Below, piece after piece: positions 13,234-27,217 of a stretch of DNA of 64,000 nucleotides (positions are counted from its first letter, which is position 1; every line of letters begins with the position of its first letter). Under the pieces are notes generated by a model. It was not told the origin of the DNA. It did no database searches and saw nothing but the letters and a program-made list of their open reading frames with translations. The position numbers and the translations under genes were made by a program. The stretch is taken from NCBI GenBank assembly GCA_964016885.1, contig OZ024745.1, positions 105,152,001 to 105,216,000 on the forward strand. Reading direction: 5' to 3'. This DNA is from Eledone cirrhosa (Eukaryota).

Positions 13234-14637
13234 TATCTTCTATGATAGAATAAACTTGATGCTCATCTGCTGATGTCACACTTTCGATATATTTTGCCTG
13301 TTTTAATGATTTAAACCATTCCTTTAAACTCTTATGTCAGTTTTTAAAAGTCTACAATTTGTTTTATTTCAGTCTTATTTCACTTCAGGTAGTTAATTTC
13401 CAAACGAGATCCTTTTTTATGTATTTAGATAACTTTCTCAATTTAATTCACTGAAAATTCACTATTTATTAATATTTTCCCCAATGCAACTTATAGATAG
13501 CTTCTATATGAAAAAACCTCAGGCGAACTAAGCTTATGAAGTTCTGAGCTACATTAACAGGTGAAGTACACACACTGGGAGGAGAATGCAGCAATCTCAC
13601 TACACCTGCCCAGTATATGAATCTCGGGGCTGGTAAATTTACACGTTCAGTTCGAACAAAATAATCAAACAGGTTTGTTTAATAAAATTATTTTCTGAAA
13701 TTCAATTGTTTCATTACTATGGAAATATTGTTGGTTTTTTTTTTTCTGTATTTTTCCAGACATTATTGTGACCTTGAGTCTTATATAGGCAGCAAACTGG
13801 CAGAATCGATAGGGCGTCGGATTAAAAAATGCCTCAGTCCCGGCTCACTTAGTCAATTTTGCATTCATCCTTTCGCGGTCGATATAGAACCACTTCAATA
13901 CTGAGCCGATTCTTCTTCTGTCTCTTTCTTTACCTTTCTCTCAATAGGGATAGGTTTCACCAGGTTTAAAATGCTCTGAATATCTCCAAGTGTCAAGACA
14001 TCGCCTCTATTGTTTCATCATGACTTAATACCCCTTTACTTTTCTTTTTATGATTCTCGGCGTACATGAGCAAAGACATTTATTTTCTCTTCAGCCATTT
14101 TGCTATTTATATTTTATTTTTTGCCTTTATCCTTGTCGTTTTCAGCATAGGTGTTGGTAGTGTGCAGTATCCATTGTTAGCATTTTATGTTTCATGTCCA
14201 ATATTGATGTTGCAGTCTCTAATCATACTACTGTCGTCGTTATTGTTGCTGTTGTTCTTGTTAATATTATCGTACGGACATTTAAATTGGATTTGTTTTA
14301 GTATGTTATTTCTACCACCTTCGAAGAAAAATGTCTGTCGGCATCGTTATGGTGAAACATCTCTCACTAACATCTATGAAGCCACGTGGAAAATGTGTTT
14401 CTGCCTTCAAGGAATAATAAATTTCTTACTCTAAATGGAAGAAGATATAAAACAATTCGGTTATCTTCTTCATCGTCGTAATGAAAATAAACGAATAGAG
14501 ATCTATTTTACCTTAGAAAAAACAAAAAAAAACAAAACAAAAAAAAACAACAACAATAAATAAATAAATATAAGTTCAAAGATGAACGACTTTGAAATAT
14601 TGCGTTTTGTGGTACGGCCCAAAGCTTTAATAGTAAT

Positions 14638-14830
14638 GGTTTCTGATTTAGGCAGAAGGCCAACAAATGTGGGAGAGGGGAAAATGTCGATTATATCAAC
14701 CCAGTGCGTTACTGGTACTTTATTTTATCGATGCCGGAAGGATGAAAAGTAAAGATGACCACGGTGGAATTTGAACTCAGAACGTAGTCAGGCAAAACTA
14801 AATACCGCAAAGCATTTTGTCCGATTTTGC
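14638..14830 (-). mobile_element. SINE (diverged copy)
   Basis: Tail, core and B-box motifs on minus strand. Confidence 0.75.
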
Positions 14831-14927
14831 CTATTCATTACTATATATACACATGTGTTTCTGTGTGTGAAAGGCGTATATATATATGTGTTTTCGACCA
14901 CAGCCGAAATCCGAATCTCCCTGAAAT

Positions 14928-14978
<51 letters not shown>

Positions 14979-15052
14979 GTATATATGTATACATATATAT
15001 ATATGTATATATGTATATATATATACATATATACACATATATATATATACAT

Positions 15053-15129
<77 letters not shown>

Positions 15130-15518
15130 TATATATATATATACACACACACATATATATATATATATATACACATATATATATATATATATATATACAT
15201 ATATAAATATATATATATATATATATGGTGATGATTACTAGAAAATGCTATTTTCATCATTTCTAAAAATAGCAAAACAATTGATGCTTTGGATAGGGTG
15301 GTCAAATAATAGTCGTTAGACATGCTCACCCAACCGTGACGCCTAAACCAATCAGCTTTAGTAATCCAGTGAAACTACACACCGATTGGTCGAAATACAG
15401 TTTGCAAGATTTAGCATTCTGTAGCCACTTTTCACTATATATTTTCACTGTATAAGGCACAAAATTTACCCTTCTCATTACAGTTGAAAATTGCAAACTT
15501 GACTGTCACCACAGAATA

Positions 15519-15557
15519 TGAACCTGAAGATTGCGAAAGCATGAAAGTACTTGTTCA
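15519..15557 (+). ncRNA. Minimal type I hammerhead ribozyme (family E)
   Basis: TGAAC-CTGAAGA-T-TGC(GAAA)GCA-T-GAAA-GTAC-TT-GTTCA: 5-bp stem I, GNRA-capped stem II, palindromic stem III. Confidence 0.85.
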
Positions 15558-15728
15558 ATTAACACTTAACGTTTAATATTCTACCATACTATTTCATTCT
15601 AATACCATTATAAATTTTAAAGGATTGTAAATAAATTGAGTAAATCAGACAAAGTTGGAATTCCTTTTATTAATATAATCTTCTATACGCAATCATACAC
15701 ACCCGTGTATATTTATCTATATATATAT

Positions 15729-15975
15729 ACCGCGCGGTTAAACCACTGGGAGTGAAGGACCTCTAGACTTTGTCAGGGCATTCTTCTAGCAGAAGGCAAC
15801 TCAAGAAACTGGGATAACGCCAATATAAAACCTGCGGCTCAATAATTACCTGTCATGTTGATCTTTTCTTTTTTTAAGGTTATAGCTAGTGTCGCTCAAA
15901 GAGTGGGATTGGCTCAGTGCACAGTCTTTCCTCACTTTAAAAAATATCTTCACGCCCAGGCATTGCACGATAGAA
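15729..15975 (+). repeat. Dispersed repeat (inverted copy at 23422-23670), resembling an RTE-type 5' region
   Basis: CTAG(C/G)AGAAGGCAACTC segment; near-complete reverse-complement match between the two loci. Confidence 0.65.
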
Positions 15976-16044
15976 TTAATTAATAATTAATAATAATAGT
16001 GAATCGTGCAATGGCCATACTCGATAACGAGGAGGCTGCCATCA

Positions 16045-16102
<58 letters not shown>

Positions 16103-16106
<4 letters not shown>

Positions 16107-16594
16107 AAAGTTCTATTTAAATTGTTGGGATACAACAAGCAAATATTATTATAACTGATATAAAGCACTCAACAAATATTTGGAGTAAAAATACGATATT
16201 AATAAATGGAAACTATATTTATAAAACCATATTTATTTCATTATACACATTTCAAGGACACCAAGTTAAATTATGGTGTGCTTTCATTAAAATATAATAT
16301 AGAGCAGTTTTATGAATAAATATTGACATACCTTTAAAGAATGCAACCATTACTGTTGGAAGCTCCCGGATAGTGGAGTTATAACTAATTAATATAATTA
16401 AAGTTATAACTCCACTATCCGGGAGCTTCCAACAGTAATGGTTGCATTCTTTAAGGGTATGTCAATATTTATTTATAAAACTGCTCTATATTATATTTTA
16501 TCTGATGAAAGCACACCATAATTTAACTTGGTGTCCTTGAAATATGTATAATGAAATAAATATGGTTTTATAAATATAGTTTCCATTTATTAAT

Positions 16595-16600
<6 letters not shown>
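16103..16600. mobile_element. Fold-back non-autonomous PLE-like element (family A) between (TA)n arrays
   Basis: ~190-bp inverted arms 16195-16386 / 16403-16598; homologous to 43515-43705 and 60150-60585. Confidence 0.8.
16494..16558 (+). ncRNA. Type I hammerhead ribozyme (family A)
   Basis: TATTTTAT-CTGATGA-AAGCACACCA...TGGTGTCCTT-GAAA-TATGTA-TA-ATGAAATA; 8-bp stem I. Confidence 0.85.
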
Positions 16601-16665
<65 letters not shown>

Positions 16666-16845
16666 GTTAATTATAGTTTATAAAGTATATATATATATCC
16701 AGAGAGTGTAACAGAAGAGGTCCGACGAGCTTTTGATTCCAGGGTTGGACCAGATTGATATAGATCGAGCCTTGAGATGATCAATAGCGAAACGCGCGTC
16801 ACCAATCGATAAACGCAATGAAGGCTTAACAAATCGTCCTTTTAT

Positions 16846-16942
<97 letters not shown>

Positions 16943-17044
16943 GTAGAACACTGGAAAGTAATATCCGTAGTGGTAGAGAACTCGGTCTATGGGACACGTT
17001 TGGTAGAAGTAGTAACACAACAGTTAGTTCACCATACCGAGAAC

Positions 17045-17700
17045 AAAAGAATCGCTGCTTTCATCCTTAACGGGATCGTCTGAAACTAAAAAAATCAATC
17101 TGTGAAAGCAGAAGTAAATATTTCAAAAAACGTTGCAACCGAAGGAAGACAGGAAGACGATACTTTGGTTTGTGGAAACGTTCCCTGGCAAAGAACGGAT
17201 AAAGACAAAGATAATTGTTTCTACTTTAGGCACAAGGCCAGCAATAACCCAGTACATTACTGGTACTTTAAAGACAAAGATAATACGTCATAATTTGGAG
17301 CGGTGAAAACAATTACACGCAAAGACAAAACCACGTTTATGGTATAAATGAAGTCGTAGACTAATATTCTATCAGGTGATTCGTGGAGACCTTCTCTGGC
17401 AATGAACTGAAAAAACGAAGATAATACGTCATTATATGGAGCGGTGAAAACAATTACACGCAAAGACAAAACCACGTATATGGTATAACTGAAGTCGTAG
17501 ACTAAAATTCTATTAGGAAACCGAATGATTCCCGGCTTCAGAGTTAAGAATAAAGTAAATAAATTACAGAGGTAATTGAAATTAAATATATACATGCATG
17601 CAAACATATACGTACATACACAAGCATACGCGAAAACACCCGCAGTGAGTATGCCAATACAAGCAGGTACAACCCCCCCCCCCAAAAAAAAAACCCCGCA
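17045..17700 (-). mobile_element. pLTR / 3' repeat of the Naiad-type PLE
   Basis: Repeated at 19320-19593 and 20074-20490, inverted at 20494-20765, terminal part again at 46815-46920; internal ~135-bp tandem units. Confidence 0.7.
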
Positions 17701-18209
17701 CGCACATACAGAGCCCACGCAATCAATGTACACGCGCGCATACGAACGTATACACCAAATACACATAAAAATATACATAAAAAAAAATATATATGTGTGC
17801 GTGAGTGTGCGTGTATACATATAATTATATAAACGTATAGAAATATACACATATAAATACGTATACACGCGCTCACACACATACCACCTGTAAAACACAT
17901 ATGTACGCAGACGCACGTCAACCAAAACACAAAGTACACACATACACACACCCTACATACGTACGAACCCGCATACTCACACAGACGCAAAACTCACGTA
18001 TACGCATAACCATATGCACATGTACAAGTATATATAATATATACGCCATAAAATATACAAGCAAATATACGTACGAGAAAGTATACGTACCTTCACAAAA
18101 CATACAGGTAAAATATACTTACCTATACAAATAAGTCATGGTATAAACATAACGTATACTTAGCTACCACATCAAGACGTAAAATATCCGCGTATAGTTC
18201 GTACTATCC

Positions 18210-19260
18210 GTTAGGGTATAATGTGGGCTGTAATACAGGAAGGTTTTGTGCAATTTATGTTTACAAGCCGAAATTGCCTCAGATGTTTTGTTTAAGATGT
18301 GGTCTTTGGCGTAGAGTATTTCCAGGGCCTCAGCGGGGCAGAGGTCACATGGTCTTTTATTTCCGTTATACGATCTAGCCCTAGCTAGGAACTACCAGTG
18401 TAACTTATATTGGGTGTGGTTGTCTTTTAGATTCCAGATATAAGCTGAAAGTGACGTTATATTCCTTCTTAAAGGGTTAAGAAAAGAATGGGTATGCATG
18501 TAAAGACGCTGCTTGAATCTATTGGCGGTTAACCCTATATAGGCCCTACGGGACGTGGGTGTTTCAACCTTACATTTGTAGACAATGTTACTAGAGAGGC
18601 ATTTCCCGGATAGGGGGCAGTCAACGAGATTCCTACAATTACAGTTAGTACTAGCTACAGGGTTGTACGTGTTCCTACGGCTAGGTAATTTAGCTAAATT
18701 TGAAGCTGTGATGTTATGTGCCAAGTTAGGAGTCGTAGACTAAGAAATTTTAATGGTATTTCTATTAAAAAGTTTACTATATTTATGTGCTGGGGAAAAT
18801 GCTTCAGAATAAGAGAGAGAAAGATCTTAGCTAATGGTGTGGCCACCTCCATATTATATGGTGGGTTATACCATATAATGCATCGGGATCTATTTTTCCC
18901 AGGTCTATTCTCGTACTCTGTATAAGCTACCTTATCGACAAATCCACTTCGGGCAAGAGCTTCATTGTAATATGTGGAATGGTCGTTGAAAATATGCTCG
19001 TTTGTAGATAGACGGGAAGGCCTCAAAGAAACGTTTCTTACCAGGTTCTTGGTTATGCTGGCAGGATGGTTAGAATGCTTACTTATGTAATTAAGCGTAT
19101 CATTCGGCTTTTTATACGAGTAGTGAAAGCCATACGACAAATTGAGGGTAACGTCGAGGTAATTAACGACCGAGAGGTTGGCCTCAACCTGTATGGAGAG
19201 GTTGAAGCCTTTAAAGAAGGCTGTGAGACTTTTCTGAACCAGTCGCAAGCACGTGGACCG
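18210..19260 (-). pseudogene. Penelope-like element (Naiad-type): RT C-terminus, CxC-x5-C-x5-C linker and GIY-YIG endonuclease, 5'-truncated
   Basis: VNYLDVTLNL..YKKPND..YISKHSNHP; IIWYNPPY; CNCRNLVDCPLSGKC; IVYKC..AYIGLT..FKQRLYMH; CDLC. Frameshift at ~18780 and two TAG stops. Confidence 0.9.
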
Positions 19261-19263
19261 TCA

Positions 19264-19325
<62 letters not shown>

Positions 19326-19593
19326 TAAAATAACAGATTAAAGTTTAAGCAAAGAATCGCTGCTTTCACCCTTAACGGGATCTTCTGAAACTAAAAAATC
19401 AATCTGTGAACGCAGAAGTAAATATTTCGAAAACGTTGCAACCGAAGGAAGACAAGAAGACGATACTTTGGTTCGTGGAAACGTTCCCTGGCAAAGAACG
19501 GAAAAAAATGAAGATAATACGTCATTAATAGGAGCGGTGAAAAACAATTACACGCAAAGACAAAACCACGTTTATCTTATAAATGAAGTCGTA

Positions 19594-20005
19594 GTGGGGC
19601 TGGATTAAGGGGACGGCAAAAGGCCAGATGGCATGACCATCTCCCCGTTCCGCGGTGGCAAACCCCTCGTCTTGGATGCCACTTGCACCGACACTTTCTG
19701 CAGACGCAACCTGTTGCAGTCTGCGACTGACCCAGGTTCTGCTGCACGTCGGGCTGAGGAGGCCAAACTCCTCAAATACCGGTCGCTCTCCGACAGGTTT
19801 GCAGTTGTTCCCCTGGCAGTAGGGACTTCTGGTGTCCTCGGCCCCAGGGCTACTTCCTTTCTCACCACCATAGGCGCTGAGCTAGCCAGCCGCAGGTGTG
19901 AGCCCCGCGAGTAGGAGTTGCTTTTCCAGCGCGTCTCCCTTGCCGTCCTTCGGGGAAACGCCTTCTCCATTCTGTCCGCCGGGGCTGTGGGTGGGCCCCA
20001 TCGCG
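19594..20005 (+). mobile_element. CRE-like REL-endonuclease fragment inserted in the PLE repeat
   Basis: KRPDGMTISPFRGGKPLVLDATC...AEEAKLLKY...LFQRVSLAVLRGNA. Confidence 0.85.
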
Positions 20006-20760
20006 TACCATTCTTTCATCTGATATATCAATCTCTTTATTTCACTATAACGTCCTTTAACTGTCAATTAGCTGGTTCGTGGAGACGTTCTCTGGCAATG
20101 AACGGAAAAAACGAATAAAATACGTCATTATGTGGAGCGGAGAGAACAATTACACGCAAAGACAAAGCCACGTTTATGGTATAACTGAAGTCGTAGACTA
20201 AAATTCTATTTAGGAAACCGAATGATACCCGGCTTCAGAGAATAATTGTTTCTACGTTTGGCACAAGGCCAGCAATTACACAGTGCATTACTGGTACTTT
20301 ATTTTATCGACCCCGTAAGGATGAAAGGCAAAGTTAACCTTTCATCCTTACAGAGAATAATGTAAATAAATTACAGAGGTAATTGAAATCAACAAAAATT
20401 AAATATATACATGCACGCATCCGTATACGTACATACATATGCATACGCGAAAACACCCGCCATGGGTATGCAAATACAAGCACGTACACATGCGTTCTTT
20501 GCCAGGGAACGTTTCCATGAACCAAAGTATCGTCTTCCTGTCTTCCTTCGGATTCAACGTCTTTCGAAATATTTACTTCTGCGTTCACAGATTGATATGT
20601 TTAGTTTCAGAAGATCCCGTTAAGGGTGAAAGCAGCGATTCTTTGCTTAAACTTTAATCTGTTATTTTAATAAATATTTGCTCTACGGTTCTTATATATT
20701 TGCTATATCTTTAACCTTATCGAGCCCTCTTTGGATTTTAGTCTTCAAATTTCTAATTAT

Positions 20761-20843
<83 letters not shown>

Positions 20844-21439
20844 TATACATACACACATACATACATACATATACATATATACATACATACATACACATAT
20901 ACATACATACATATATATATATACATACACATATATACATGCATTCATATACATATATATACATATATATATATACACATACAAACACATATATGCATAT
21001 ATATACACATACAAACACATATATGCATACATACATATATATATATACATATATATATACATACATACATATATATATATATACATACATGGTGGTTGCC
21101 AACTCGTTTTCGAGTACGGCCACTACTTTATATCCATGTAGGAGAACCCCTACCGATGAGCTGAACGAGTGTGACTTTTTAGTCCAGCCAGCGACTTGAA
21201 AACTCTGGTAAAAACACTACACTTGTGACAATTTATTGACACATAGTGCTGGGCCCATGGTACCATGTGACGACAAGTGCAGAGAGATCTCTAGATATAA
21301 AGCAATGCGTGTGCCGTGAAGCTGTTATAGTGAGCAAAGGCACTGCACAAGCCAGTCCCACACTCTTAACCAAGATGATATTTACCAAAAAGAAGAACAA
21401 GTCAACATCATTGGATACCATCAGGGTTGCAGGTGTTAT

Positions 21440-21695
21440 ATCAGAGTTTTCCTTCTAGAATTCTGCCTTGACAAAGGCTAAGGGGTCATCTCTCCCGGTG
21501 ATTTTGGATGGCCATTGACTCTTAAGAGCTTCTTTGCCCTTTGACAGGTTTTGTTTTTAGTCCTGTAGGATGTCCAAAGTCACCCTCCTCACCAAAAAAC
21601 CTTGGTGGGGTTGCCAGTTTAGTCGCCAACGACCCGACCATGAGACAGGTTGTACTGGGATACATGTTACCAATAGCACCAACTGGTGACCTGAC
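21440..21695 (-). repeat. Dispersed repeat (second copy 23700-23890), possible retroelement 5' region
   Basis: Direct similarity between the two loci; both abut TA/CA arrays. Confidence 0.65.
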
Positions 21696-22065
21696 ATACA
21701 TACATATATATAGATACATATATATATATATATACAATTATATATGTATACATACATATATATCTATATATATATATATACATACATACATATATATATA
21801 CACATATATATACATATATATATACATATATATACACGTACATATACATACATATATACATATATATAAACATATATATACATACATATATACATATATA
21901 CATATATATATATAAACATATATATATACATACACATATATATATACATACACACACATACATACATATATATATACATATATATATACACACATACATA
22001 TATATATGTATGTATACATATATGTATACATACATATATATATATACATACATATATACATACAT

Positions 22066-22715
22066 GCAATGTGGAAGAAATCCATGTACATAATATGAAA
22101 GAGTACTGGTGGAATGTTCCAGTAAAAACCCCAATAAAATGCAGACATAACAGACCAGATATTATGATATGGGACAGGGAGAAAAAAGCATGCACAGTAG
22201 TGGAAATTTGCTGCCCAGCAGATGCCAATAATATAAAAGATTAGCGAAAAGGAGAATATTTATGCAGAACTGATGAGAAATCTGCAGATACTCCACCCTG
22301 ATTACACCCTCAGATTTATGCCGGTGATTATTGGGGCACTGGGATATGTTAGTAACTGCCTCAATACAAATCTTGAGAAGCTAGGCTTCACAGGACCAGA
22401 AAGAACACAACTAGCTAGGAAATTACAAGTACAATCCATTAATGGAACAGTAAAAATATGTAAAACATTCCAAAAATGTTGCATCTAATAACTGCATATA
22501 TACATATACAGATACAAAGCATATACACATGCACACATACAACTCAAAACATCCACATCCACACATACAATAACATCCATATCTACACATGCCTGCATAC
22601 ATACATAATCTACTTAGTTGATAATGTGTAAATTCCAATGAGAGAGTCGAGTGTCTATGTCAGAAACCGACTCTCTCTCTATTGGGAAAAATTTGTGAAA
22701 TTATAAAACCAGAAG

Positions 22716-22718
<3 letters not shown>
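22066..22718 (+). mobile_element. R2/R4(Dong)/NeSL-type non-LTR element 3' end (REL endonuclease + 3' UTR)
   Basis: [51 protein letters not shown]; 3' UTR hairpin GAGAGAGTCG / CGACTCTCTC. Confidence 0.8.
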
Positions 22719-22805
<87 letters not shown>

Positions 22806-23906
22806 ATATATATATATATATGTATATATAAACACACATATATATATATACATATACATACATATATATACATATATATACATATATACATACATACTTA
22901 TACACATATACATACATACACATATATATATACATACATATATACACACATACATATACATATACATATATATATATACATACATATACACATATATATA
23001 TATATGTATATATATATACATATATACATATATATATATCCACATATACATACTCATACATAATAACTTAAAAATATATATATACATTCATATATACATA
23101 TATACATATATATACATATATATATGTATACATATATACATACATATACATATACACATACATATATACATACATATACACATATATATATATACATATA
23201 TACATATTTATATATACATACATATATATATATGATGGCTTCCCCTCGTTATCGTGTATGGCCATTGCATGATATACCATTATTAATAATTATTCAAATC
23301 CCGCCGAGGTTAACTTTGCCTTTCATCCTTACGAGGTCGATAAAATAAAGTACCAGTAATACACTGGGATAATTGCTGGCCTTGTGCCAAAAGTAGAAAC
23401 AGTTATTAATAATTATTAATTAATTCTATCGTGCAATGCTTGTGCGTGGAATTTTTTTTTAAGTGAGGAAAGACTGTGCACTGAGCCAATCCCACTCTCT
23501 GAGCGACACTAGCTATAGCCCGAAAAGAAGAAAAGATCAACATCATCGGTAACTACTGAGCCGCACGTTTTATATCGGAGTTATCCCAGTTTCCTGAGTT
23601 GCCTTCTCCTAGAAGAATGCTCTGACAAAGGCTTGGGGTCCTTCACTCCCAGTGGTTTAACCGCGCGGTACCTGTGTATATACATATTTACACACTTTCA
23701 GATGGCCGTTGACTCTTTTGAGTTCTGCCGCCCTTTGTCAGGTTTTGTTCTTTTGTCCTGCAGGGTGTCCAAAATCACACTCCTCACCAAGTAAACTTGG
23801 TGCGGTTGCCGGGTTAGTCGCCGATGACCCGACCATGCGACAGATTGTACTGGGTTACATGTTACCAGTAGCACGAAAGAGTGACCTGACGTATATATAT
23901 ATATAT

Positions 23907-24991
<1,085 letters not shown>

Positions 24992-24995
<4 letters not shown>

Positions 24996-25697
24996 TAATT
25001 TAATATATCAACTAACATAAGCGCACAGATGCACGCCCATGCTAGCAAATACACAGGTTATGTCATAGTACCTAGGTGGTTCAATGCAGGAGAATGCAGA
25101 ACAATAATATAAAAGACGTAAAATAAGAAAATATTTTTTTTTAAAATTTTAAAAAATTTTTTTACTTACTTACTTAAATTTTCACTCCAACTAATTAGTT
25201 TCTGCAATGGGATAAAGACAGTTACGTAATCCAACTGTCGAGAATTCATTGCGTCACCAGGGAGTCTATTCTCAGTTAAGTCTCCAGGCAATGCGCGGAC
25301 ACTGGCGGCTCATATAAAAATAATAATAATTCGGTAGATCGAACAGCTGGCGAGGACTGGATTCTATGTACCGAAATTCTCACTGCTTCAGGTCAAATGG
25401 CCGATTCTAAAGAATCAATCACGTGACACAGAGGCTAGTTAGAAGGAATGGGATGGTAAGATGACTGACGCCTACTAACACCCCAACAAATTTTTTTAGA
25501 AGTGGTTTTGGCAAGTTTGCTCGACAAATCAGTGATTTGGAGATAAATATAGATAATTTAATATATCAACTAACATAAGCGCACAGATGCACGCCCATGC
25601 TAGCAAATACACAGGTTATGTCATAGTACCTAGGTGGTTCAATGCAGGAGAATGCAGAACAATAATATAAAAGACGTAAAATAAGAAAATATTTTTT
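24992..25697 (-). mobile_element. Partial-tandem element (family F), ~150-bp direct repeats around a ribozyme-bearing core
   Basis: 24992-25140 is repeated at 25550-25697. Confidence 0.7.
25184..25265 (-). ncRNA. Type I hammerhead variant (family F, CUGGUGA core)
   Basis: Minus strand: ACTCC-CTGGTGA-CGCAATG...CATTGCA-GAAA-CTAATTAG-TT-GGAGT. Confidence 0.7.
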
Positions 25698-26712
25698 AAC
25701 ACAAACACACAGATACACACACACGCGTATATATGTGTGCGTGTGTGTGTGTATATAAAGAAAATGGGATCCTTACACTTTATATATATATATAAACACA
25801 CTCACACAAACACACAGATACACACACACGCGTATATATGTGTGCGTGTGTGTGTGTATATAAAGAAAATGGGATCCTTACACTTTATATATATATATAA
25901 ACACACTCACACAAATACACAGATACACACACACGCGTATATATGTGTGCGTGTGTGTGTGTATATAAAGAAAATGGGATCCTTACACTTTATATATATA
26001 TATAAACACACTCACACAGACACACAGATACACACACACGCGTATATATGTGTGCGTGTGCGTGTGTATATAAAGAAAATGGGATCCTTACACTTTATAT
26101 ATATATATATAAACACACTCACACAAACACACAGATACACACACACGCGTATATATGTGTGCGTGTGTGTGTGTATATAAAGAAAATGGGATCCTTACAC
26201 TTTATATATATATATAAACACACTCACACAGACACACAGATACACACACACACGCGTATATATGTGTGCGTGTGTGTGTGTGTATATAAAGAAAATGGGA
26301 TCCTTACACTTTATATATATATATAAACACACTCACACAAACACACAGATACACACACACGCGTATATATGTGTGCGTGTGTGTGTGTATATAAAGAAAA
26401 TGGGATCTTTACACTTTATATATACATATAAATACACTCACACAGACACACAGATACACACACACGCGTATATATGTGTGCGTGTGTGTGTGTATATAAA
26501 GAAAATGGGATCCTTACACTTTATATATACATATAAACACACAGATACACACACACGCGTATATATGTGTGCGTGTGTGTGTGTATATAAAGAAAATGGG
26601 ATCCTTACACTTTATATATATATATAAACACACTCACACAGACACACAGATACACACACACGCGTATATATGTGTGCGTGTGTGTGTGTGTATATAAAGA
26701 AAATGGGATCCT
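25698..26712. repeat. ~100-bp minisatellite (~10 units) built from CA/TA/TG tracts
   Basis: Recurrent AAAGAAAATGGGATCCTTACACTTT anchor about every 100 bp. Confidence 0.9.
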
Positions 26713-27148
26713 GAGTTCTTCCGCGCAGTGAAATTCTTAACCACACAGCCATGCTTGCAACCCTTTTCTCCAAATCCTTTGAGTTGACGTAATTTTTTTT
26801 ATTTATAAATCTCTAATATGTTTCAGTCTACAAGAGATCACATGACTAGATAAATCGTCTTGTGTTATTAAATATTTATTTTCCCATTGTTTAAGAAAGT
26901 TCATTGATTTGATCTCAAACCTTTGCAGTAGCCTGTCATGATCCAAAGGGCATCTACATTATATATTTTATATATATCTCTCTTATATTCAAGTATCCAA
27001 AGTGACCTATAACATTTACTGTAGCTTTGGTCATAAGGAGGATCAGATATATCAGAATCGGGTTGAGTATTTATAATACAATACATCACTTTGTAAAAGA
27101 AGAAAACAAACACATAATCACGAGAGAGAGAGAGGGTGTGAGAGAGAG

Positions 27149-27217
<69 letters not shown>

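Noticed and set aside
14771-15329. Long YI/IY/HT/CV-rich ORFs here and at 20678-23348, 40766-41379, 58114-58597, 63125-63602
   Set aside because: Translations of (TA)n/(CA)n microsatellites that lack stops by composition.
17147-17189. HHR-like fold GACAGG-AAGACGA-TAC..GTG-GAAA-CGT-TC-CCTGGC
   Set aside because: Core lacks CU and lies antisense to the PLE ORF.
18210-19260. Selenocysteine recoding as reported for some Naiad elements
   Set aside because: Interrupting stops are TAG, the linker cysteines are ordinary codons, and no SECIS was evident.
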